Origin: Nitrososphaera viennensis EN76 | GTDB lineage: Archaea; Thermoproteota; Nitrososphaeria; Nitrososphaerales; Nitrososphaeraceae | Direction of reading: 5' to 3' | DNA: 32,000 nucleotides | NCBI RefSeq assembly: GCF_000698785.1 | Contig: NZ_CP007536.1 | Location: 1,050,001 to 1,082,000 of the forward strand | Program-made: the position numbers and the translations under genes | Part shown: piece after piece, positions 18,188 to 25,105 of the stretch | How the letters are laid out: the number at the start of each line of letters is the position of its first letter | How positions within the stretch are numbered: position 1 is the stretch's first letter | The notes under the pieces: model-generated | What the model was told of the DNA's origin: nothing | Database searches by the model: none | What the model saw: the letters and a program-made list of their open reading frames with translations, nothing else

Positions 18188-19846
18188 TCAGCTATGAAGC
18201 TCTGTCTCTGGGTGGAATGCCGCCCATTCAAACCAGAACCCTTCGTCAAATGGAAGGCGACTCAGTTGCTTGCCCTTCAGCGGCCCTTCGATTGCCCTCC
18301 CGTCAAAGTCCCACACGCTTGACGTCTGTGCGTCCATAATCTTGCCATCCTGGTACCGAAAGTCCAGAACAACCTTGCCATCGCCATCATTATCATCATC
18401 ATCCAGTAATGTTCTGTCGAACAACCTGGCACCAAATGAATAGACGGAGAACAGTGCTACCGGTTTTGCATCAATTTCGTCATTAATCACGTGCTTGTCT
18501 TCCACGTCTTGGAGTTTGTATGCCTTGAAGGTGCCGGAATTTTCAAGCCCAATCACAATCTCTTTTGAGCCGAGCCTGTCGTCGCGGTGGGAAACTGGAA
18601 ACAGGATGTCCGGGCTTGTGTAATAGTCGCCGTACGGGTCGGAGCCGTAAGGCCGGCCATAACCTGTATCCTGAGAGAGTACCTTTGATTGCAGGTGCAG
18701 CTCTTTCCAGTCTTTCCAGTATGCCAGGTCAAACGGAACCCGCTCTAGCTTCACCCCCGCATATTTGCCGGCAATTCCCTGCCCGAGCGCCTGGCTCCAG
18801 AGCGACTCGCTAGTTCTGTCATACATCACGAGGTTGCTGTTGTACAGCTTGCCCGAAGTCCCGAATTCCACTACAGCATCACCTACTGTGCGCTTGAACA
18901 CCTGGTTGGTAAAGCAGAGAGGGCAGTATGTGACTGCCACGGGCACTCCACCAACGTGGTCGTTCACAACCTCGTGCCAGACCATGATGCGCAGAGGGTA
19001 CGCCCTGATGTCGCCGTTGATTTCAAGCCCGAGCACAAGGTCAGAATCCTCAAGCTTTGCGTCTTTCACTGAAACAAACTTTGGGTTGTCTATCGACGGG
19101 ATCCCGTCTCGTGGAGGGCCTCCATTCACAATCTTGTCTGGCGGCACCATCAGGAAAGCTGCAGGCCGATCATCTGTCGCCGCGGCTGTTGCATCATTAC
19201 TTAGCAGCTGCTGCTGGTAGATAGCGGCGGCTGCTGATGCAATGACCACGACTGAGAGGACGATAGAACCAACCAATATCGCCAGGGGCTTAACAATGCC
19301 AGCCGGAGGTCTGGGCGCCATTTTCGATATGCGGCGATACAGCTTTACGCCATTGAGGGCTGCCAGGCCCAGCACCGACGCCGTGGCGACGTAGGAAAGC
19401 GGTTTTGAATAGTCAACGAGGAATGCCGAGACAGCAGTGCCAAAGACTGACGGAAGAAAAGATAGCAAAAGGAGCCAGCTTCCGCAACAGCCAAGCGGGA
19501 CAAGCGAAAAGAACGAGAAAAACGAGCCGACTGCGCTGCCGGAACCTGCACTGAACCGGCTGCTTCTTTTTTCAAGGTTGCATCCGAGGCTTCTCCCATA
19601 GCTGGCAAACAAGGTCTGCGCAGCTACCGCCATCGAGGTGCCGCCAATGACAACAGGGTTTGCCGAAAAAGCAGCCTGGATGGCTGAAAGGGCAGGGAGG
19701 CTTGGAGTAGTCAGCACGACTACAAGCAGGTACAGGGACATCGTTATGCCGCCTGCTAGCAGACTCTTTGCCAGCGCATTTCTTTCCATGTAGCCCAGGC
19801 GCCGCTGCTGCAAACTTGTCGCTAGCCATAATTCGCGCTTGTTCAT
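18188..19846 (-). CDS. fusion protein: Cys-containing polytopic membrane module + TM linker + DUF3179 domain
   Basis: The C-terminal about 330 aa carry DUF3179 signatures (PRDGIPSIDNPKF, VAVTYCPLCFT, TSGKLYNSNLVMYD). The N-terminal about 185 aa are paralogous to the 190-aa protein at 23960-24532: Cys loop, then GCCGSWLLLL in a TM helix, ending in RRISKM. Confidence 0.85.
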   Translation of the reverse strand: MNKRELWLATSLQQRRLGYMERNALAKSLLAGGITMSLYLLVVVLTTPSLPALSAIQAAFSANPVVIGGTSMAVAAQTLFASYGRSLGCNLEKRSSRFSAGSGSAVGSFFSFFSLVPLGCCGSWLLLLSFLPSVFGTAVSAFLVDYSKPLSYVATASVLGLAALNGVKLYRRISKMAPRPPAGIVKPLAILVGSIVLSVVVIASAAAAIYQQQLLSNDATAAATDDRPAAFLMVPPDKIVNGGPPRDGIPSIDNPKFVSVKDAKLEDSDLVLGLEINGDIRAYPLRIMVWHEVVNDHVGGVPVAVTYCPLCFTNQVFKRTVGDAVVEFGTSGKLYNSNLVMYDRTSESLWSQALGQGIAGKYAGVKLERVPFDLAYWKDWKELHLQSKVLSQDTGYGRPYGSDPYGDYYTSPDILFPVSHRDDRLGSKEIVIGLENSGTFKAYKLQDVEDKHVINDEIDAKPVALFSVYSFGARLFDRTLLDDDDNDGDGKVVLDFRYQDGKIMDAQTSSVWDFDGRAIEGPLKGKQLSRLPFDEGFWFEWAAFHPETELHS

Positions 19847-19880
19847 TATTTAATTCCGTACTTCAAGGGTTAAAGAAAAG

Positions 19881-20066
19881 CTAGATTGGTTGATTCAAGC
19901 TACCACTAGTTTTTCGGATCTCCGCTATTTCATGGAGCATCCTGTTGATCCTTCTCCTCTGCCTGATGACCTTGATCCCCTTCATCATGACCGGGCTTGC
20001 CGCCATTCCCAAAAGCATGCCCACGGTCATGTCAAGAGAGACAAACCCGAGCATCAACGGTTCCAT
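19881..20066 (-). CDS. possible small Met-rich membrane protein
   Basis: MEPLMLGFVSLDMTVGMLLGMAASPVMMKGIKVIRQRRRIN... It has one hydrophobic segment and a basic tail, and fits the gap between two same-strand genes. The TTG at 20105 would extend it to 74 aa. Competing plus-strand ORFs exist. Confidence 0.25.
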   Translation of the reverse strand: MEPLMLGFVSLDMTVGMLLGMAASPVMMKGIKVIRQRRRINRMLHEIAEIRKTSGSLNQPI

Positions 20067-20142
20067 GGCCCTTGTAGGCCGCAAAACAATAAAAGATTTT
20101 TTCAAGTCTTGCGACGACGACGGCGGCAGATTCTATCAGCTG

Positions 20143-20844
20143 CTAACCTGTAGTGGCGGGGGCGCTGCTGATGGCGCTGCTTGTGACCAGCAGCTTGCCA
20201 AGCGTGGTCAGCTTGGCAGATATCTTGCCCCTGTCGCCTTTTTCCACCTCAAGCAGGCCGAGGTCCGCAAGCCCCTTTGATTCACGCGAGTCCATCACGT
20301 GGTAGCTGAGCAGGGGCTTGCCATAGCCGGATACCTGCTCGAGCTGATCCAGGCTCTCGATAGAGCCGCCTGCGCTGTGTATGGCATTCAGTATCCTGAT
20401 TTTTGCTTCAGAGATTATTTCGCTGTAGCTGAGTTTCAGCACCGGCATGAGCAGCGGCTCGCCGGTGGCAGAATCCATCCCGAATGCCTTGATCCCGTTG
20501 ATAAAAGCCGCAGACAGCGCCGCGCACCCCATCAGCTTGTCCCCGCAGCTTACGTTCATGAGGACCTGCTTGAACTCTTTTTGGCGGATGCTGTTGAGGA
20601 TTTCACTTACCCTTTCCATCGTATTCCTGATGACGTTTTCCCGTGTGACCAGGCTTATCGTGACTGTCAGGCCAAGGACGGCCCGGAGCTTCCTTGCAAA
20701 CTCTTCTGCCTTCTGCCTGTCAGAGTTGTAGCACAGGAGCACCAGCTGGTGTACGGGGAAATTCCTGATGCCGGCGGCGATGCCTTCCTGACCTTCGCCT
20801 CCAAAGGTTGCTATCTGGAGCGTGGTCATTTGCTGCTGCGACAT
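20143..20844 (-). CDS. CARF-like (Csa3/HFX_2341-type Rossmann-like N-domain) + C-terminal wHTH putative regulator
   Basis: 233 aa. The N-terminal pattern LQIATFGGEGQEGIAAGIRNFPVHQLVLLCYNSD ... MNVSCGDKLMGCAALSAAF resembles Csa3/CARF-type domains. The C-terminus AKIRILNAIHSAGGSIESLDQLEQVSGYGKPLLSYHV...LGLLEVE is a wHTH. This is recall-level similarity only. Confidence 0.55.
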   Translation of the reverse strand: MSQQQMTTLQIATFGGEGQEGIAAGIRNFPVHQLVLLCYNSDRQKAEEFARKLRAVLGLTVTISLVTRENVIRNTMERVSEILNSIRQKEFKQVLMNVSCGDKLMGCAALSAAFINGIKAFGMDSATGEPLLMPVLKLSYSEIISEAKIRILNAIHSAGGSIESLDQLEQVSGYGKPLLSYHVMDSRESKGLADLGLLEVEKGDRGKISAKLTTLGKLLVTSSAISSAPATTG

Positions 20845-20952
20845 GCAAGGTAAACTGGATGAACGACAGTATTAAAAATGGCGTCAAACCGTTCAATTTT
20901 CTCTTTAATAGAAGAAAAGGAGTTACCTACTTACCATACTAAAAAAATATTA

Positions 20953-21345
20953 TTATTTGGAGCCGAGCGTCGCATAGCATGTTCCGCATTTGGATTTGTA
21001 TCTATATTCAAGGCCAAATCCGACTGCAAGCATAGCTATAAGCGCAGTCCAAGTAACCCATGCTGGCAGATTTACCACTCCTATCGTGTCTAAAAGATCC
21101 AGAATGCCAAGTCCCAAGAATCCCGGTCCGGTTATTTTGCAGTGGTATCTGCCGCATGAGCCGTAATTGACCAGACACAATGCACTTGCTGCAAACCAGC
21201 CCGCGACTAGCGCCCATCCTTCATACGGAGATGGCATCAAGTTATCTGCCAAAACCATGTATCCGATTACTGCTAGCCAACCCCACAGGGGAATCTCCCT
21301 ATGCCTAGCCACAGGTTCAACCGGTTGTCGATTGTTCTGCTCCAC
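20953..21345 (-). CDS. Cys-rich four-TM membrane protein, unknown family
   Basis: 130 aa with a GTG start. Four predicted TM helices. Cys in TM2, loop SCGRYHCKITGPG, and C-terminal KSKCGTCY. Preceded by the same 25-bp promoter box as merB. Confidence 0.6.
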   Translation of the reverse strand: MEQNNRQPVEPVARHREIPLWGWLAVIGYMVLADNLMPSPYEGWALVAGWFAASALCLVNYGSCGRYHCKITGPGFLGLGILDLLDTIGVVNLPAWVTWTALIAMLAVGFGLEYRYKSKCGTCYATLGSK

Positions 21346-21377
21346 AAGTCTGCTTTACAGAAGCGATACATTTTCCC

Positions 21378-21402
21378 TTTATACCCCACAGGTTGGGCAC
21401 AT
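21378..21402 (-). promoter_or_regulatory. conserved 25-bp promoter/operator box, copy A
   Basis: TTTATACCCCACAGGTTGGGCACAT matches 22862-22886 at 22/25 positions. Read on the minus strand it is ATGTGCCCAACCTGTGGGGTATAAA, with the TATA part about 36 nt upstream of the 130-aa gene start. Confidence 0.6.
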
Positions 21403-21444
21403 TTATTATTAGAAACAAGGCACTATTAGCAAGCGTATGACAGC

Positions 21445-22095
21445 ATGCGGCGCGTAACTCTGGAGTTCAACTATCAAGACGCATGGAAGCAAATCTTTGG
21501 TTACAATTACGGCAAGGTCGAGATCCTTGAGGCTCTCAGGTGCTTCAGGTGCGATACTCAGGGTCTAGCCCTTATCTGCAGGATAAGATTGAAGGATAAG
21601 AGTATGGATGCGAAGGATTTGGTAGGCAATGGGCTTCTTACAAATTTAGAGGTTCTTTACAGGGAAAAGGACGGGTCACTGGTTGTCTTCATCGAAGGAG
21701 AGACAATTGTTCCCCCGTCGCCAGGAAGTATCCATCGGCCCAGATTGCTAATGGCTCGCCCGCCAGAATTTTTGGATGTAAACAGAATGAAGGCAGAGTT
21801 GATAGGCAGGGAGATTGAAATAAAGAAGTTCCTTCAATATGCGAACAGGCTATCCAATACGTACAAGATCCTTGGGCTCACTTCTGTTAATACGAAACCA
21901 GAATCGCCCCTATCAAAGCTGACCCTTAAGCAAAGGCAGGCGCTTCTCACGGCTTATGCTCTGGGCTACTATGATGTTCCACGGAGGATTTCTTCGGAAC
22001 AGCTCTCTGAACATCTAAATGCTGACAAGTCTACTGTAGTTGAACACTTGAGAAAGGCTGAAAGAAAGCTCATTGCCAGCATCATTGCTGGCTAA
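21445..22095 (+). CDS. HTH_10 (Bat-type HTH) family transcriptional regulator
   Basis: C-terminal LTLKQRQALLTAYALGYYDVPRRISSEQLSEHLNADKSTVVEHLRKAERKLI is the classic HTH_10 motif. The N-terminal domain contains a CFRC pair. Confidence 0.75.
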   Translation: MRRVTLEFNYQDAWKQIFGYNYGKVEILEALRCFRCDTQGLALICRIRLKDKSMDAKDLVGNGLLTNLEVLYREKDGSLVVFIEGETIVPPSPGSIHRPRLLMARPPEFLDVNRMKAELIGREIEIKKFLQYANRLSNTYKILGLTSVNTKPESPLSKLTLKQRQALLTAYALGYYDVPRRISSEQLSEHLNADKSTVVEHLRKAERKLIASIIAG

Positions 22096-22152
22096 GAAAG
22101 GTTGAAAATAAAAGAAAATGGGAGGTGCAGGGTATCCTTTTTGGCGTCTAGC

Positions 22153-22830
22153 TCAGCACATCTTGCAGCCCGACATTATGTCCTGATACTTGTGGAGGTG
22201 TATTTCTTTGAGGGTTTTGTAAACATCGTTTGCCGAATAGAACGTCTGGTCAGGATGCTCCGCTATCCATTTGGACGCTGTTTCAGGTGAGCTGAAGAAG
22301 TTGACATTATTGCAGCCGCTTCCCCGGATGTTTTTAACATCTATGTTCTTTACCCATGATACAACGGCGCTCTTGGGATCAACTTTCTCTACTCTGTCAG
22401 GCGTTACACTGATGCGGATTTTCTTGCCGGTTACGGGGTCAGGGGATTCTATGTTGGCATTTTGTTTGAGCATGACCGGGAAAGCCAATGCGTCTGCTGC
22501 GCACCATGTATACAGCCTTCGACCGTCAACCTCGTAGACATGTGGAGTTGGAACCAAAGTCAGCCCAAGCCCTACTATGTTGCCTTCCTTGTCAAATTCT
22601 GCTCCAAACCCTCTAAGTGTAGAGGTCATACTGTCTGGAGATATTCCAAGGCGCATCGCTACTTCATCAGGAGGCACAGGGCAGCCATTTACCAAGAGCT
22701 GCCAGGTCTGACCGACGATACGTCGTCGCTCTGAACCCAGACTTTCATAGATACCTGTTAGAATCTTATCAAATGCTTGCTCTACGTTATTTGCTGTTTT
22801 CACTCTACTGTTTCTCATGGTTTTTGCCAT
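22153..22830 (-). CDS. merB: organomercurial (alkylmercury) lyase MerB
   Basis: FDKEGNIVGLGLTLVPTPHVYEVDGRRLYTWCAADALAFPVML aligns with the MerB core (catalytic Cys-x2-Asp, WCAxD). GCNNVNFFSSPETASKWIAEH matches the second catalytic Cys region (FCCHVHFFAS...W..KH). There is an extra C-terminal GCKMC. Confidence 0.9.
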   Translation of the reverse strand: MAKTMRNSRVKTANNVEQAFDKILTGIYESLGSERRRIVGQTWQLLVNGCPVPPDEVAMRLGISPDSMTSTLRGFGAEFDKEGNIVGLGLTLVPTPHVYEVDGRRLYTWCAADALAFPVMLKQNANIESPDPVTGKKIRISVTPDRVEKVDPKSAVVSWVKNIDVKNIRGSGCNNVNFFSSPETASKWIAEHPDQTFYSANDVYKTLKEIHLHKYQDIMSGCKMC

Positions 22831-22861
22831 GTCCTTAACTTAACATGCGTCTTGGATTAGC

Positions 22862-22886
22862 CTTATACCACACAGGTTGGGCTCAT
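22862..22886 (-). promoter_or_regulatory. conserved 25-bp promoter/operator box, copy B (merB promoter)
   Basis: CTTATACCACACAGGTTGGGCTCAT. On the minus strand it reads ATGAGCCCAACCTGTGTGGTATAAG, with the TATA part about 35 nt upstream of the merB ATG (22830). Confidence 0.6.
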
Positions 22887-22910
22887 CCAGTCCTCTACAA
22901 CTGTAGTAGC

Positions 22911-23378
22911 CTATCGTTCCATCACAAGCTCTGTCTTTCTAAATCCGCCCAGCTTGTAGATGGAGAATAGCACTATGGCTATTGATATTGCAGTAAAAAC
23001 AGGCGAGTACATCGTTAGGAACAGTGTCGGTCCTAATGGCAAGAGTACGCCTATGAATGAAAAACATGCTGGACAAACGCCAACCATGAAGCCAACAACT
23101 GAACCGGCGAAGCCTGTCCTTGCTGCCTCTGGCTTGCAGTTAAAGCACTTGTTCCTTGTGAATAGATAGAGCGAGATGAACACGCCAAACAGGATGGAGA
23201 ATGCCATGTATGGTATCGAGCTCCAAGGCTTCTGCTGTAGGTCCAAAAACCATATGTCAAATGCAAGCCAAGTGTTTATCAGCTGTATCAAAGGGAGAAG
23301 AAAGAAAATTCCTGTAGCTGATAGAGCCGCTATAGCAGGCTTGTATTTTACAGCAGAAAGAAGCCTTATGCTTACCAT
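22911..23378 (-). CDS. membrane protein with two CxxC motifs (loop CFNC, intramembrane CPAC)
   Basis: 155 aa, about 4 TM. RNKCFNCKPE, then GFMVGVCPACFSFIGVLLPLGP inside a TM helix. The C-terminus ...YKLGGFRKTELVMER resembles the end of the 190-aa paralog. The ATG is 9 nt after the thioredoxin gene stop. Confidence 0.7.
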   Translation of the reverse strand: MVSIRLLSAVKYKPAIAALSATGIFFLLPLIQLINTWLAFDIWFLDLQQKPWSSIPYMAFSILFGVFISLYLFTRNKCFNCKPEAARTGFAGSVVGFMVGVCPACFSFIGVLLPLGPTLFLTMYSPVFTAISIAIVLFSIYKLGGFRKTELVMER

Positions 23379-23387
23379 TTCCTACCA

Positions 23388-23957
23388 CTACGCAAGAAAC
23401 GGTTCGAGCACCTGCTTTGCTTTTGAATATTCAAGCGGGTTGACATCTACCCATTTTATTATGCCATTGCTGTCAAATACATATTTTGTATCAAGATATC
23501 GCACCTTGTATTCCTGTGGCATCTGTTCGCTTTCCGCAACATACCAATCGCTCCTGCCATACCTGTCTTTCCAGTCAATATATTGCTGATCTGTCTCTCT
23601 CGGGTCTACAAACACTATCAATACATTGAACGCATTTCCGCCTGTCTTATCATCAAGTCTTGCAAGGTTCTGAGCTCCTATCTGGCATGGAGTGCACCAT
23701 GTTGTTGTAAAGAAAATAAGCACTGGCTTGCCTGCAAATGTTTGCTTTGTTATGCTGCCCTTTTCAGGATCTCTGAGGCTGAAGCCAGGGGCAGAGTCGC
23801 CAACCTGCAATCCTTGAACATTTTCTTTTCCTGAAGCGGTGGTGAGGCCTGATCCGCTGGAGGCCTGTGATGAAAAGCTCGATGCTACAACTGCTATTAT
23901 CACTGCGGCTGCTACAGCTCCTCCTATGACTACATACTTCTTCTTATTGTCGGTCAT
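23388..23957 (-). CDS. membrane-anchored TlpA/ResA-like thioredoxin-fold thiol:disulfide oxidoreductase
   Basis: Start placed at ATG 23957 (MTDNKKKYVVIGGAVAAAVIIAVVASS, an N-in signal anchor), 2 nt after the upstream stop. Thioredoxin active site FTTTWCTPCQ. AhpC/TSA-like GDSAPGFSL entry. 189 aa. Confidence 0.85.
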   Translation of the reverse strand: MTDNKKKYVVIGGAVAAAVIIAVVASSFSSQASSGSGLTTASGKENVQGLQVGDSAPGFSLRDPEKGSITKQTFAGKPVLIFFTTTWCTPCQIGAQNLARLDDKTGGNAFNVLIVFVDPRETDQQYIDWKDRYGRSDWYVAESEQMPQEYKVRYLDTKYVFDSNGIIKWVDVNPLEYSKAKQVLEPFLA

Positions 23958-23959
23958 TC

Positions 23960-24532
23960 TCAGGATCTCTCCATTTTGGATATCTTTCTTGACATGAGAT
24001 AAGTTCCGGCAGCCAAAACTGCTACTGTCAGCGGAGCCATGTACTTGCTGTAAATGGATAGAGAAGAAAACGCAGTCGGACCTATTGCAAGGGCAAGCAA
24101 TCCTCCACCACAGCATGAAAAGCTTGTGAAGAAGGCAGGAACAAGGCCAAACAACCCTTTCGATTCTGGTCTTTTTCTCGTTCCACATGCTTTTGCAAGC
24201 CTTCTTGAATAGAACATGAGTGCAGTATTAATGCCAACCAGAATCGAGGATGCTGCAAGGAAGGCAAGGGCTCCATAAAAGATGAAGAAGAATACATTGT
24301 CAGTGGGAATGGCGGATATTCCAAGATAAGTCGCCCTGAAGACAGGAATGCCCGTGGCCGAAGAGAGATTGGGAACATATGATACTATCCCAACTGTTAC
24401 CATGTAGATTATCGCATATGCCAGACCTGATGCAATGGCTATTGTTCTATACTTTGAAGTTCTAATTACATGAAAAATAGGCGTAAGCAAAGAACCAGCA
24501 GTGTGGGGGCTTTGCATTTTTTTCCTCGTCAC
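23960..24532 (-). CDS. membrane protein with loop Cys and intramembrane vicinal CC
   Basis: 190 aa (GTG at 24532; alternative ATG at 24517 preceded by GAGGA). About 4-5 TM. LAKACGTRKRPESKG, then FFTSFSCCGGGLLALAIGP, with C-terminal SRKISKMERS. Paralogous to the N-terminus of the DUF3179 fusion and to the 155-aa protein. Confidence 0.7.
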   Translation of the reverse strand: MTRKKMQSPHTAGSLLTPIFHVIRTSKYRTIAIASGLAYAIIYMVTVGIVSYVPNLSSATGIPVFRATYLGISAIPTDNVFFFIFYGALAFLAASSILVGINTALMFYSRRLAKACGTRKRPESKGLFGLVPAFFTSFSCCGGGLLALAIGPTAFSSLSIYSKYMAPLTVAVLAAGTYLMSRKISKMERS

Positions 24533-24591
24533 TATTACTTCACAATAGATGGGATTTAAGCTAGCAAGTTTATGGCACGATAGTCACTATT
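24528..24591. promoter_or_regulatory. ATAGTCACTATT-family sites in the divergent region upstream of hxlR-type gene
   Basis: GTCACTATT at 24528-24536 and ATAGTCACTATT at 24580-24591 (palindromic ATAG-N3-CTAT core). TTAAAT (about 24554-24559, minus strand) and CTATAAAAAAG (24614-24624) are candidate divergent TATA boxes. Confidence 0.5.
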
Positions 24592-24659
24592 GCCGAGGAT
24601 AGTTATGTCAATGCTATAAAAAAGAAAGCCCTTATACTATCTATCCTGTAGTTTAAGGC

Positions 24660-25055
24660 ATGGCCAAGCCTGGTAAAGCGATATGCCTCTGCCCGCTGGA
24701 AGGAGTGATAGACATAATCAGCAAGAAATGGGCTCTTTTGATAGTGAATGAAATAGGCAACCACGGGAGGATACGCTACAATGATTTGATGAAGGAGATA
24801 CAGGGAATAAGCCCAAAGACGCTTGCAGATACTCTCAAAGAGCTGGCAAAATATAACTTGATAACGAGAGAAGCTTTCAACGAGATTCCCCCAAGAGTTG
24901 ATTATCTTTTGACAAAGGATGGCGAGGAGCTCAGGCAGGCTATAATACCGATATTGCAATGGGCTCTGACAAAGAAAGGAACTGTAGTTGCTCATTGCTC
25001 TTGTTCTATGATTCCTAAGGGAAAAAGAATAGGAAAGGAAGATCTTTCTCTCTAA
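24660..25055 (+). CDS. HxlR-family winged-helix transcriptional regulator
   Basis: CPLEGVIDIISKKWALLIVNEIG...RYNDLMKEIQGISPKTLADTLKELAKYNLITREAFNEIPPRVDYLLTKDGEEL matches the HxlR signature. Extra Cys pairs: CLC at the N-terminus and CSC near the C-terminus. Confidence 0.85.
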   Translation: MAKPGKAICLCPLEGVIDIISKKWALLIVNEIGNHGRIRYNDLMKEIQGISPKTLADTLKELAKYNLITREAFNEIPPRVDYLLTKDGEELRQAIIPILQWALTKKGTVVAHCSCSMIPKGKRIGKEDLSL

Positions 25056-25105
25056 GGCGTCAGGCTTTCCTTCGGCTTCCGGCCTGCTAAAGATATCTTT
25101 TTGTC

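Noticed and set aside
19890-20280. Plus-strand ORFs (87 aa and 111 aa) in the gap between the CARF-like gene and the DUF3179 fusion.
   Set aside because: They run against both flanking genes, and the longer one overlaps the CARF-like gene by 138 nt. The minus-strand mini-ORF fits the gap better. None of the three is well supported.
20143-20844. Possibility of a CRISPR-Cas locus suggested by the Csa3/CARF-like protein.
   Set aside because: I could find no direct-repeat/spacer array and no cas-like ORF anywhere in the 32 kb.
23958-24188. 77-aa N-terminal extension of the thioredoxin ORF (track ORF 23388-24188).
   Set aside because: It lies entirely within the 190-aa membrane-protein gene in another frame. 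The internal ATG at 23957 gives a normal signal-anchor plus thioredoxin protein, 2 nt after the upstream stop.
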